A stretch of DNA of 64,000 bases from positions 26,381 through 90,380 of the forward strand of contig CAZVLJ010000002.1 in NCBI GenBank assembly GCA_964627825.1. Direction: 5' to 3'. Positions 45,678 through 54,342 of this stretch are shown here, one piece after another; the first letter of the stretch is position 1; every line of letters begins with the position of its first letter. Under the pieces are notes generated by a model. The model ran no database searches and was not told the origin of the DNA. It saw only the letters and a list, made by a program, of their open reading frames with translations. The DNA comes from an uncultured Rikenella sp. (GTDB lineage: Bacteria; Bacteroidota; Bacteroidia; Bacteroidales; VadinHA17). A program made the position numbers and the translations under genes.

Positions 45678-48629
45678 ATGAAAAACTCACTTCTGATCTC
45701 ATTTGCCGCTGTTGTGCTCTTATTGCTGACTGTATCCGGATCACGACCTGCCGAAAACAATGTCCCATGGAAGAAATATGCCGGTGACAGTAGAGTTGAC
45801 AGTATCCTTAACACGATGACAGTCAGAGAGATGATTGCACAGCTGATCTGGGTGCCGGCATGGGCTGACGAGCGGGGAGGGAACTACAGGCAGGTTGAAG
45901 AGCTTGTCACCAGGTACGGGGTGGGCGGAGTGATTTTCTTTGAAGGCTCGCGTGACTTGCAGGTTGATTACACGAGGCGCATCAGCGAGGTATCCGTGCT
46001 TCCGCTTATCATTGCCCAGGATGCCGAATGGGGCACAGGGATGAGACTGAGGGAGGTTGAAGACTTCCCATACCAGATAACACTAGGAGCAGTGCAGGAT
46101 GACTCACTCATATACAAAATGGGAGCCGCTGTTGCGTGGCAATGCCGTGATATAGGCGTCAACCTTAACCTTGCACCTGTGGCCGATGTGAACAACAATC
46201 CGCTCAACCCGGTCATCAACCACCGTTCATTCGGAGAGGATCCCGGAAGGGTGGCAGAAAAAGCCGTTATGTACATGAAGGGCATGCAGGATAACGGCAT
46301 TCTTGCCTGTGCGAAACATTTCCCGGGCCATGGCGACACCAACGTTGATTCGCACACAGGGATACCTGTTATCAGGGGTGACCGTACCCGCTTTGACAGG
46401 GTGGAGTTTGTACCATTCAGGAGGCTGGTGGATGAGGGTATCGGTGCAGTTATGACAGCTCATATCAGCGTGCCGGACCTTGATGAATCAGGTCTGCCTG
46501 CCACCTTCTCACGAAAGATTGTTACAGGCTTCCTCAGGGAGGAATCGCGCTTCAGAGGACTGATCCTCACCGATGCAATGAATATGGCCGGAGCCACAAT
46601 GACCTATCCCTCGGGGATAGCTGATGCTGAGGCGTTCAGGGCAGGCAATGACATCATTGAGTATTCAACTGACCCTGTTCGTGCCATTGATGAGATTGCC
46701 ACCAGGGTTGAGAAGGGTGAGATAGCCGTCAGCGAGGTCACTGACAGATGCAGGCGATTGCTGGAAGCGAAGCTGTGGCTTGAGAGCCTGAAAAAAAGTA
46801 AATGTGACGCGGACAGATCCGGCACGGGTATCCCTGCAGAGGAACACCCGGCGCTGAAACATGATCTCTATGCCGGCGCCATGACCCTGATAGAGAACAA
46901 TGACAACCTGGTGCCGCTGGGAAGGCTTGACCGGATGAGGATAGCCACAGTAGCTGTCAACAGGCTGGCAATGACTGAATTCCAGGGGATGACAGAGAGA
47001 TATACCAATGCTGACCACTATTATATTGATCCCTCCAATGAGCAGGGAGCCCGATATATCCTCTCCAAGCTGAAAGGTTACGACCTGGTGATTGCCGGTT
47101 TCTGCAATATGGATCAGAGGCCTACAGGGCAGTATGGTGTCACTCCGGAGCTGAACAACATCTTCAGTCAGATTGCCGCCCTTGACAGATCAGCCGTTAT
47201 ATGGTTCGGCAACCCTTATGGTATAGACAGGCTGGATATTACAAGTAAACCAACGGCCATGCTGGTGGCCTATCAGGACAACAGTTACACGCAGCAGGTG
47301 GCTGTACAGGTTCTCTTCGGTGCAATACCCGCCTCCGGGAAGCTTCCTGTCACAATCAATGAGACCTACCCGGCAGGTACAGGCATAAAGACCGCCGGAA
47401 ATCTAAGGCTGCAGTTCGGCTATCCTGAGAACGCGGGGCTCTCATCAGTAAGACTCATCAGTAAGGTAGACTCCATAGTTAACGAAGGGCTTGACACCCT
47501 CGCCTACCCCGGATGCCATGTGCTTATAGCCCGCAGGGGAGTGGTGGTACTGAACAAGTGTTACGGTTTTCATCTCTATGACAGTACCGAAGCTGTCAGT
47601 GAGCATGATCTGTGGGATCTTGCATCGGTGACAAAGGTATCTGCTGCCACGCCCTCACTGATGTTGCTGAATGACCGGGGAATCTTTGATCCGGACAGGA
47701 CACTGGGTTATTACCTGCCATGGTACCGTCTCTCGGACAAGGGCAACATGCTGCTCAGGGAGATGCTTGCCCACCAGGCCGGACTGCGGTCATGGATCCC
47801 CTTCTGGAGAAACACCCTGGAGAATGACTCCACCTTCAGGAAAGGCATCTTCAGTGACTATACCAACAAGAAGTTTGCTCTCGCGGTAACCGATTCAATG
47901 TACATGAGCAGGCGTCATCTCAAGGAGATGTTCAGGGAAATACGTGACAGTCCCACCGGGGAGAAGAAATATGTATACTCAGATCTCACCTTCATCCTTG
48001 CCGCAGAGATAATTGAGACTCTGACGGACAGTACCATTGACAAATTTGCCCCGGCAAACATCTACCGACCCATCGGGGCATTCAACATAACCTACAATCC
48101 ACTCGGGAAATATCCGCGTGATCGAATAGTGCCCACTGAATTTGACTCCCTGTTCAGGCATCAGCTTCTGCGGGGCACTGTGCACGATGAAGGGACGGCC
48201 ATGCTGGGGGGAGTCTCCGGTCATGCCGGTCTCTTTTCCACTGGCATTGATCTGCTCAAGCTGGTTGAGATGTACCGCAGGGGTGGTGAATACGGTGGAG
48301 TGCGGGTACTGAGCAGTGATGTCCTTAAGGAATATACGCGGGTACAGTATCCTGAAAATGACAACCGCAGGGCGATGGGGTTTGACAAGCCCCTGCTGGG
48401 AAATGATACAATACCGCCGGAAGAGGCTTATCCGTGTCCGTCAGCATCTCCGTCAAGCTTCGGGCATTCAGGGTTCACAGGCACTTTCATCTGGGTTGAC
48501 CCCGATGAGGAGATATCATATGTGTTCCTGAGCAACAGGGTCTACCCTACTCGGAACAACAGCAGGCTGTCAGACCTCTCCATCAGGGGCAGGATACTGC
48601 AGGCGGTGTATGATTCCAGGATTGATTGA
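45678..48629 (+). CDS. Fusion protein: GH3 beta-N-acetylhexosaminidase (NagZ-like) + class-C-type serine hydrolase (beta-lactamase family)
   Basis: GH3 part: KHFPGHGDTNVDSH and GLILTDAMNM. C-terminal half: SxxK (ASVTK), YSD, HSGFTG. Signal peptide at the N-terminus. Confidence 0.85.
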   Translation: MKNSLLISFAAVVLLLLTVSGSRPAENNVPWKKYAGDSRVDSILNTMTVREMIAQLIWVPAWADERGGNYRQVEELVTRYGVGGVIFFEGSRDLQVDYTRRISEVSVLPLIIAQDAEWGTGMRLREVEDFPYQITLGAVQDDSLIYKMGAAVAWQCRDIGVNLNLAPVADVNNNPLNPVINHRSFGEDPGRVAEKAVMYMKGMQDNGILACAKHFPGHGDTNVDSHTGIPVIRGDRTRFDRVEFVPFRRLVDEGIGAVMTAHISVPDLDESGLPATFSRKIVTGFLREESRFRGLILTDAMNMAGATMTYPSGIADAEAFRAGNDIIEYSTDPVRAIDEIATRVEKGEIAVSEVTDRCRRLLEAKLWLESLKKSKCDADRSGTGIPAEEHPALKHDLYAGAMTLIENNDNLVPLGRLDRMRIATVAVNRLAMTEFQGMTERYTNADHYYIDPSNEQGARYILSKLKGYDLVIAGFCNMDQRPTGQYGVTPELNNIFSQIAALDRSAVIWFGNPYGIDRLDITSKPTAMLVAYQDNSYTQQVAVQVLFGAIPASGKLPVTINETYPAGTGIKTAGNLRLQFGYPENAGLSSVRLISKVDSIVNEGLDTLAYPGCHVLIARRGVVVLNKCYGFHLYDSTEAVSEHDLWDLASVTKVSAATPSLMLLNDRGIFDPDRTLGYYLPWYRLSDKGNMLLREMLAHQAGLRSWIPFWRNTLENDSTFRKGIFSDYTNKKFALAVTDSMYMSRRHLKEMFREIRDSPTGEKKYVYSDLTFILAAEIIETLTDSTIDKFAPANIYRPIGAFNITYNPLGKYPRDRIVPTEFDSLFRHQLLRGTVHDEGTAMLGGVSGHAGLFSTGIDLLKLVEMYRRGGEYGGVRVLSSDVLKEYTRVQYPENDNRRAMGFDKPLLGNDTIPPEEAYPCPSASPSSFGHSGFTGTFIWVDPDEEISYVFLSNRVYPTRNNSRLSDLSIRGRILQAVYDSRID

Positions 48630-48703
48630 TTTTCGATTTGCGATGTTCGATGTTCGATTTGTGATGGGCAATTGTCAATTAATTCGCAGATCGTAGATTG
48701 TAA
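48627..48703 (+). repeat. Heptamer-armed hairpin element, family 2 (CGATTTG-type)
   Basis: TGATTTT CGATTTG CGATGTT CGATGTT CGATTTG TGATGGG ..14 nt.. TTCGCAG ATCGTAG ATTGTAA. 48627..48643 pairs with 48684..48700 (12 WC, 4 G.U, 1 mismatch). The first TGA is the stop codon of the GH3 fusion gene. Confidence 0.8.
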
Positions 48704-48707
48704 ACCG

Positions 48708-48745
48708 CACAGAAAGGAAGCTGCTTTCGCAGCTTCCTTTCTGTG
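48708..48745. terminator. Perfect 17-bp hairpin (CACAGAAAGGAAGCTGC-tttc-GCAGCTTCCTTTCTGTG) abutting the 3' end of tRNA-Leu
   Basis: Perfect inverted repeat with a 4-nt loop, starting 1 nt after the tRNA discriminator base on the minus strand. Likely a bidirectional terminator. Confidence 0.7.
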
Positions 48746-48829
48746 TGCCCAGGACAAGACTCGAACTTGCACACCGTAACCGGCACCAGCCCCTCAAGCT
48801 GGCGTGTCTACCAATTTCACCATCTGGGC
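48746..48829 (-). tRNA. tRNA-Leu (anticodon GAG)
   Basis: 84 nt, class II. GCCCAGA acceptor, D-arm GTG-AAATTGGTAGA-CAC, anticodon stem-loop CCAGC-TTGAGGG-GCTGG, long variable arm, GTTCGAGTC T-loop. One A7.C66 mismatch. No encoded CCA. Confidence 0.9.
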
Positions 48830-48838
48830 GTCTTCTCT

Positions 48839-48907
48839 GCTCAGGGCAGAGGGCTCAGGGCTCAGAGTTTTCCTGCCCTGTGCCCTGCGCTCTTTGCTCT
48901 TCGCTTC
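48839..48907 (-). repeat. Heptamer-periodic imperfect hairpin filling the tRNA-tRNA spacer
   Basis: CTCAGGG CAGAGGG CTCAGGG CTCAGAG - ttttc - CTGCCCT GTGCCCT GCGCTCT TTGCTCT TCGCTTC. In-register pairing runs from 48839..48861 with 48875..48897. Confidence 0.7.
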
Positions 48908-48913
48908 TTCCTG

Positions 48914-48997
48914 TGCCCAGAACAGGACTCGAACCTGCACATCATTGCTGACACTAGTCCCTGAAACTAGCGCGTCTACCAATTTCGCCATCTGGGC
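48914..48997 (-). tRNA. tRNA-Leu (anticodon CAG)
   Basis: 84 nt, class II. Perfect 7-bp acceptor stem GCCCAGA/TCTGGGC, anticodon stem-loop CTAGT-TTCAGGG-ACTAG, GTTCGAGTC T-loop. No encoded CCA. Confidence 0.93.
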
Positions 48998-49065
48998 CGC
49001 TTACAGGATAGAGCAGGATATTCATCCGTATGACGCCTGCCTGCTTTGATCCCTCAACGCGGGTG

Positions 49066-49073
49066 CAAAAATA
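49066..49073 (-). promoter_or_regulatory. -7 promoter box TATTTTTG for the tRNA-Leu pair
   Basis: Plus strand CAAAAATA. It lies about 69 nt upstream of the tRNA 5' end. A TTTG (plus CAAA 49090..49093) lies 16 nt further upstream. Confidence 0.45.
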
Positions 49074-49131
49074 AAGAATTTTTCTTAATCAAATATCCCT
49101 GATACTAAAATGACGAAAAATATTTGTGCTC

Positions 49132-49530
49132 TCAGAAGCCCGGATCAAGTCTAACTCCATTTACTGTCTCGAAGTACCTGAAATAGTAGTAGAGCTTGCG
49201 TTCAAACTCCAGGCCGTAGTCCTTGTAAGAATCATAGTCGATATAGCTCGAGTAGAGGTCTCCATATCTTCTCGGATGAGCATACCGGTAGTTCCATTCT
49301 CTTACGTGGATGGCATTCTTGTTTTTGTAGTATTCAAGCGAATGCTGATGAGTCGGTTGCATCAGGAACCATGAATCAAATCCCTGATCCATTACCACAA
49401 GGTCATATTCAGTGCTGTCAGACTCGTGCTGTATCATAAGGTCCTGGTCATCACCGCCCTGACGGGGCGAGAAGAGAGCACATGACGGCAGGATCAGTGA
49501 CAATAAGGTAAAGTACATTAGTTTCTTCAT
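49132..49530 (-). CDS. Hypothetical lipoprotein
   Basis: MKKLMYFTLLSLILPSC lipobox. The mature part is Tyr/Asp-rich. No family recognised with confidence. The longest ORF reaches 49581. Confidence 0.6.
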   Translation of the reverse strand: MKKLMYFTLLSLILPSCALFSPRQGGDDQDLMIQHESDSTEYDLVVMDQGFDSWFLMQPTHQHSLEYYKNKNAIHVREWNYRYAHPRRYGDLYSSYIDYDSYKDYGLEFERKLYYYFRYFETVNGVRLDPGF

Positions 49531-49758
49531 TTCTTTTCTTTTAAGCTTCAGTGTTATTACCTGAAAAAAACAGTTGTTCAATTATCTTCAGTTGCAGTTT
49601 TATCTATATTTGACAGCTTAAAAATAGCAAATAGTCTGCCATTAGCATGAAATCTTGCAAAAACCACACGGAAGCTATGTCAATGTTTTCAGGTTCAGCA
49701 TTATTCATGCAGGCTATTGATAAGACTGTATTGAGCACAAGTATTATTTTCCGTAACG

Positions 49759-51072
49759 ATGAAAGTATATAAATTCGGTGGTACCTCAGTTGGCAGTGCT
49801 GAACGTCTCAGGGCGCTGATCCCTGTCATCAATGACGGTGAGTTCAAGATAGTTGTGCTTTCCGCCATGGCAGGTACGACCAATGAGCTGGCAGAGATAT
49901 CCGGTCTCTTTTCTTCCGGAGACAGTGAGAGAGCTGCCGGCAGGGCCGAACAATTGCGTATGAGCTATCACACTGTTGCAGACGAACTCTACTCCTCCTC
50001 CACCTGGGGAGAAAAAGCCCATGATCTGATTGATGAGCATTTCAATTACATCATTGCTCTTTTTTCGAGGGAATTCAGCCGGCACAATGAGAAAAGGATT
50101 CTTGCGCGCGGAGAGCTTCTGTCAACGGCTATGTTCCACTTCCTGCTGTCAGAATGCGGCATCCCCTCACTGCTTGTCCCCGCCCTTAATTTCATGAGGA
50201 TAGATAAGGACAGCGAGCCTGATTATTTCTATATCAGGGAAAACCTAAGGCGTGAACTTGGTGCGGTGAAGGATGAGAAACTGATCATTACCCAGGGTTT
50301 CATCTGCCGCAATGTCTTCGGTGAGACAGACAACCTGCGCAGGGGCGGCAGCGACTACAGTGCAACGATCATCGGAGCGGCGCTGTCAGCAGAGGAGGTA
50401 CAGATATGGACAGATATAAGCGGGATGCACAACAATGATCCGAGGTATGTTAAGAACACTAAGGTCATCAGGAACCTCTCCTTCGGTGAGGCAGCCGAAC
50501 TGGCCTTCTTCGGGGCAAAGATTCTGCATCCGTCAAGCATCAATCCGGCCAGGATGAAGAACATCCCGGTACGGCTTAAGAATACCATGGAACCTGAAGA
50601 CGAAGGTACGCTGATAACCTCTGACTCTTCCCTTCAGGATTATACTGCCGTGGCTGCCAAGGATGGTATCACGGCCATCAGGATACGTTCAGACAGAATG
50701 CTTATAGCCTATGGATTCATGAGAAGAATATTCGAGGCATTTGAAGCATACAAGACCCCAATAGATATGATCACTACCTCTGAGGTATCTGTTTCACTGA
50801 CTATTGAAGATCCGACAAATCTTGAAGATATTGTAAAGATGCTGAGCTCAATAGGAATGGTTGAGGTTGAATATGACCAGACTATAATCTGCGTGGTGGG
50901 CGACTTCCGTCCGGACAGGGTCGGGTCAGCTCCCGAGATCTTTGAAGCGCTCAATGATATCCCGGTCAAGATGATATCATACGGCGGCAGTGAAAACAGC
51001 GTTTCCATACTCATAAACACAAGTGATAAGATAACAGCGCTGAAATCGCTGGGGGAAAAGTTATTTGATTAG
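49759..51072 (+). CDS. lysC: Aspartate kinase
   Basis: MKVYKFGGTSVG.., GGSDYSAT, AKILHPSS, C-terminal ACT-type repeats; 437 aa. Confidence 0.93.
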   Translation: MKVYKFGGTSVGSAERLRALIPVINDGEFKIVVLSAMAGTTNELAEISGLFSSGDSERAAGRAEQLRMSYHTVADELYSSSTWGEKAHDLIDEHFNYIIALFSREFSRHNEKRILARGELLSTAMFHFLLSECGIPSLLVPALNFMRIDKDSEPDYFYIRENLRRELGAVKDEKLIITQGFICRNVFGETDNLRRGGSDYSATIIGAALSAEEVQIWTDISGMHNNDPRYVKNTKVIRNLSFGEAAELAFFGAKILHPSSINPARMKNIPVRLKNTMEPEDEGTLITSDSSLQDYTAVAAKDGITAIRIRSDRMLIAYGFMRRIFEAFEAYKTPIDMITTSEVSVSLTIEDPTNLEDIVKMLSSIGMVEVEYDQTIICVVGDFRPDRVGSAPEIFEALNDIPVKMISYGGSENSVSILINTSDKITALKSLGEKLFD

Positions 51073-51077
51073 TGAAG

Positions 51078-52223
51078 ATGTTTACACGAGAGACTAAAGA
51101 GAAGCTTGGGAGTCGGGAGACCCCCTTCTATTATTATGATCTGGAGATGCTTAAAGAGACGCTTTCAGTGGCGTCAGCTGAGGCAGCCAACAGGGGTTAT
51201 CATGTTCATTATGCCGTGAAGGCCAACTTCAATCCGGTGATAATGAAAATCATTGCCGGTTACGGACTGGGAGCCGACTGTGTGAGTTGCAATGAGGTTG
51301 AGCATGCAATTGCCTGTGGTTTTCCGGCACATGAAACGGTTTTTGCCGGCGTGGGCAAAAGTGACAAGGAGATTGAGACAGCGCTGAAGATCGGGATCAA
51401 GTGTTTTAATGTTGAATCTGCTGCCGAGCTTGAGGTCATTGACAGCATAGCCGGCCGCACGGGCACGAAAGCCTCAGTGGCCATCCGCATCAATCCTAAC
51501 GTGGAAGCACATACAATCAGGCATATAACCACCGGCACTGATGAAAACAAGTTCGGGATCAGGATCACCGAGCTTGACACTGTCCTGGAGCTGATGAAGC
51601 TGATGGAGAATATTCATTACCGGGGCATTCATTTTCACATCGGGTCACAAATCACTGACCTTCATGTCTACCGTAATCTCTGTACACGGATCAATGAATT
51701 ATGGCAGTGGCTTACAGACAGGGGTTTTGAGCCTGAGGATATAAATGTTGGCGGAGGCCTTGGAGTAAACTATGATGATCCGGACCAGTTCCCTCCTTTT
51801 GCTGATTACTTTGATGTCTTTAAAAATCATCTCGACAGCCATATAAGGAGCACCATATCCTTCGAACTGGGCAGATCGCTTACAGCCAACTGCGGATCAT
51901 TGATAACCAGGGTTTTATATGTCAAGCCAGGGGCTGCGGAGACATTCGTGATCCTTGACGCCGGTATGACCGAGCTGATGAGACCGGCTCTCTACCATGC
52001 CTATCACCGTATTGAGAATCTCACCTCAGAAGGACCTGAGAAGAAGTACACGGTAGTAGGTCCCATCTGTGAGACCACTGACACTTTCGGCAAATTCATG
52101 CCGTTGCCGGAGACGCACCGCGGTGACCTGATTGCTATACGTTCCGCCGGGGCATACGGTGAGGTAATGGCCTCCAGGTATAATATGCGTTCACTCCCGG
52201 AATCGCTCTTCTCTGAAGAGTAA
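51078..52223 (+). CDS. lysA: Diaminopimelate decarboxylase
   Basis: PLP-Lys motif HYAVKAN, GGGLGV, ELGRSL, CETTD. ATG 51078; GTG 51072, which overlaps the lysC stop, is an alternative start. Confidence 0.93.
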   Translation: MFTRETKEKLGSRETPFYYYDLEMLKETLSVASAEAANRGYHVHYAVKANFNPVIMKIIAGYGLGADCVSCNEVEHAIACGFPAHETVFAGVGKSDKEIETALKIGIKCFNVESAAELEVIDSIAGRTGTKASVAIRINPNVEAHTIRHITTGTDENKFGIRITELDTVLELMKLMENIHYRGIHFHIGSQITDLHVYRNLCTRINELWQWLTDRGFEPEDINVGGGLGVNYDDPDQFPPFADYFDVFKNHLDSHIRSTISFELGRSLTANCGSLITRVLYVKPGAAETFVILDAGMTELMRPALYHAYHRIENLTSEGPEKKYTVVGPICETTDTFGKFMPLPETHRGDLIAIRSAGAYGEVMASRYNMRSLPESLFSEE

Positions 52224-52247
52224 TTCCAGACCTTCAGACCCTCAGAC
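52224..52247 (+). repeat. Three tandem 8-nt units (TTCCAGAC CTTCAGAC CCTCAGAC) right after the lysA stop
   Basis: Read directly; starts 1 nt after TAA 52221..52223. Confidence 0.7.
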
Positions 52248-52248
52248 T

Positions 52249-52281
52249 AAAAAAAAAGCTGCATACCTGCAGCTTCTTTTT
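52249..52281. terminator. Bidirectional rho-independent terminator (A9-AAGCTGCA-tacc-TGCAGCTT-CTTTTT)
   Basis: 8-bp stem flanked by an A-run and a T-run, between convergent lysA and the small membrane protein gene. Confidence 0.8.
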
Positions 52282-52287
52282 CACTTG

Positions 52288-52500
52288 TTATGGTTTTTTC
52301 CTGCGTTTTCTGACCGGATCAGAGAAGAGCAGCATCAACAGGCCGAAGGCGAGAGTGCCAATTCCCGAGATCAGGTTAATATTCACATTGAGTGACCTGG
52401 CGTACATGGGGTCATGCCCCATGGTGGCCAGCCCGTAGATCAGTATTATGAGTCCCACTATTGAGAACATCAGGCCTATTGGAAATCTTATATCCAGCAT
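52288..52500 (-). CDS. Small two-TM membrane protein downstream of the SSS transporter
   Basis: 70 aa with two hydrophobic helices and a basic tail RKRRKKP, 18 nt downstream of the transporter gene. Confidence 0.55.
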   Translation of the reverse strand: MLDIRFPIGLMFSIVGLIILIYGLATMGHDPMYARSLNVNINLISGIGTLAFGLLMLLFSDPVRKRRKKP

Positions 52501-52518
52501 TGTATTTAGTTTTTTTGA

Positions 52519-54249
52519 TTACCAGAACAAAATTGAGAGCACAATCATTATGACACCCACAATGGCAGCCAGGAACCAGGGTCTCTGATACCATTTTACG
52601 TCGCTGTCGTCAAGCTTTGGTGTCATTGAGTATACCAGTCCGTTAAGCTCCTCATCGCTCTTCTCACGTTTTGACAGCAGGGAGATAACAACGGTGAGTA
52701 TTGCTGCAGCAGAGAATGCGAAGATAGCTGTCCAGAAGTTCTGTGCCATCTCTACCGGGTAAGTATGAACCACTCCCAGCCAGCCGCCTTTGACCAGTGT
52801 ATCTGCGCCGGCCGGCATGGTAAGTCCATGATGCAGCAGTGCAATGAGAAATCCCATGAGCAGGCCGATGAAAGCCGCATTTCCGGTTGATCGTTTCCAG
52901 AACATACCCAGGAAGATTACCGCAAAGAGAGGTGCGTTGATCATTGAGAAGACCGTTTGCAGGAAGTCCATTATATTACCGAACTTACTGGCTATGTATG
53001 CTGCTGCAATACTCACCAGCACTCCCACAATAGTAGTGAGCCTTCCCACTTTCAGATAATGCTTTTCGTCTGCCTCCTTATCACCTGTTGCCGGCCGGAG
53101 GTAACTCTGGTATATGTCATAGGTCCAGACAGTGTTGAATGCCGATACGTTGCCTGCCATGCCTGACATGAAAGAGGCGAGCAGGGCAGTGATGCCGAGG
53201 CCGAGTACCCCTGCGGGGAGGTACTGTTTAAGCAGCATAATGATAGTATAGTCATAGATTGGCTGCCCGGCATCGTTAACCGGCAATGCAAATCCTTTCA
53301 GCGGGTCATTGAGAAGTACCAGGGCGGCTATACCAGGAATGATAATCAGGAAAGGGATGAACATCTTGGGGATAGCGCCGATGAGAGGCACCTTTCGTGC
53401 GGCTGTCATTGATTCGGCAGCCATTGCTCTCTGCACGATGAGGAAGTTGGTGCACCAGTAACCGAATGAGAGCACAAATCCCAGGCCTGCCAGTATACCG
53501 TACCACTCCACGCCCATCGGGTTACCGCCTGCGGTAGCAGTATATTTCCAGGTAGTTGTCCAGGCATCGGGGGCAAAACCCTTCCCTTCTACTATGGGAC
53601 CCAGGCTGGCCTGCATGCCACCCCATCCGCCAACATCAACCATCACCAGGATAGCCATTGGCAGGAGGCCAATGATTATTATGAAAAACTGGAGGACTTC
53701 ATTGTAGATTGCTGAAGAGAGCCCGCCAAGGTATGTATAGGCCAGCACAATGGCTGCCGAAGCAAGCAGTGAGACGTTGAAGTTCCATCCGAGGACGTTC
53801 TCAAGCAGGATAGCAAGCGCATACATGGAGATACCTGATGCCAGCACTGTCATCAGTGCAAACAGGAAGGCATTCAGTGCCCGTGTTTTTTCATTGAATC
53901 TGAGTTTCAGGTACTCAGGTACCGAGCGCGCTTTGGAGCCATAATAGAACCGCATCATGAAGAGAGCCAGGAAGACCATCGCCGGAATGGCTCCTATCCA
54001 GTAAAAATGCGTGGTGAGCATGCCGTACTTCAATCCTGAGCCTGTCATACCCATCACCTCGAGAGCACCAAGGTTGGTGGAGATAAAGGCAAGCCCTGCC
54101 ACCCAGGCCGGGATGGACCTCCCCGCCTCAAGAAAAGCCGAGGCGTTCTTCATATATTTCCTGAGGGCCCAACCTATACCCAGCACAAAAACGAAATAGA
54201 CCGCCATGATCAGGTAATCTATTCCCTGAAGCGCGAATTGTGTATCCAT
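52519..54249 (-). CDS. Sodium:solute symporter (SSS) family transporter
   Basis: 576 aa with about 14 TM helices. FLEAGRSIPAWVAGLAFISTNLGA and GLSSAIYNEVLQ are typical of the SSF. Confidence 0.9.
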   Translation of the reverse strand: MDTQFALQGIDYLIMAVYFVFVLGIGWALRKYMKNASAFLEAGRSIPAWVAGLAFISTNLGALEVMGMTGSGLKYGMLTTHFYWIGAIPAMVFLALFMMRFYYGSKARSVPEYLKLRFNEKTRALNAFLFALMTVLASGISMYALAILLENVLGWNFNVSLLASAAIVLAYTYLGGLSSAIYNEVLQFFIIIIGLLPMAILVMVDVGGWGGMQASLGPIVEGKGFAPDAWTTTWKYTATAGGNPMGVEWYGILAGLGFVLSFGYWCTNFLIVQRAMAAESMTAARKVPLIGAIPKMFIPFLIIIPGIAALVLLNDPLKGFALPVNDAGQPIYDYTIIMLLKQYLPAGVLGLGITALLASFMSGMAGNVSAFNTVWTYDIYQSYLRPATGDKEADEKHYLKVGRLTTIVGVLVSIAAAYIASKFGNIMDFLQTVFSMINAPLFAVIFLGMFWKRSTGNAAFIGLLMGFLIALLHHGLTMPAGADTLVKGGWLGVVHTYPVEMAQNFWTAIFAFSAAAILTVVISLLSKREKSDEELNGLVYSMTPKLDDSDVKWYQRPWFLAAIVGVIMIVLSILFW

Positions 54250-54266
54250 GAGTTTCTTTCGATTAG

Positions 54267-54287
54267 GTTTGTGAACTCACAAACTTA
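54267..54287 (-). promoter_or_regulatory. 8-bp inverted repeat (GTTTGTGA-ac-TCACAAAC) overlapping a TAAGTTTG -7 box upstream of the SSS transporter
   Basis: Inverted repeat at 54267..54284. The minus-strand TAnnTTTG match is 54287..54280. The start codon is at 54249. Confidence 0.4.
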
Positions 54288-54342
54288 AAGAAATTTATCA
54301 AATGGACTCCTTCGCGCCAGCTTTATTTTGTAACCTGATTGT

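Noticed and set aside
48743-49049. ORFs 48743..48964, 48745..48951, 48794..48991 and 48804..49049 from the track
   Set aside because: They run across two well-formed tRNA-Leu genes and the repeat spacer, and are artefacts of stop-poor structured RNA sequence.
49582-49758. Lysine riboswitch (L-box) upstream of lysC
   Set aside because: The 177-nt leader lacks the conserved L-box core segments I know (for example AGAGGCGC and the GAA/CCGAG junction motifs), and no extended multi-helix structure is apparent.
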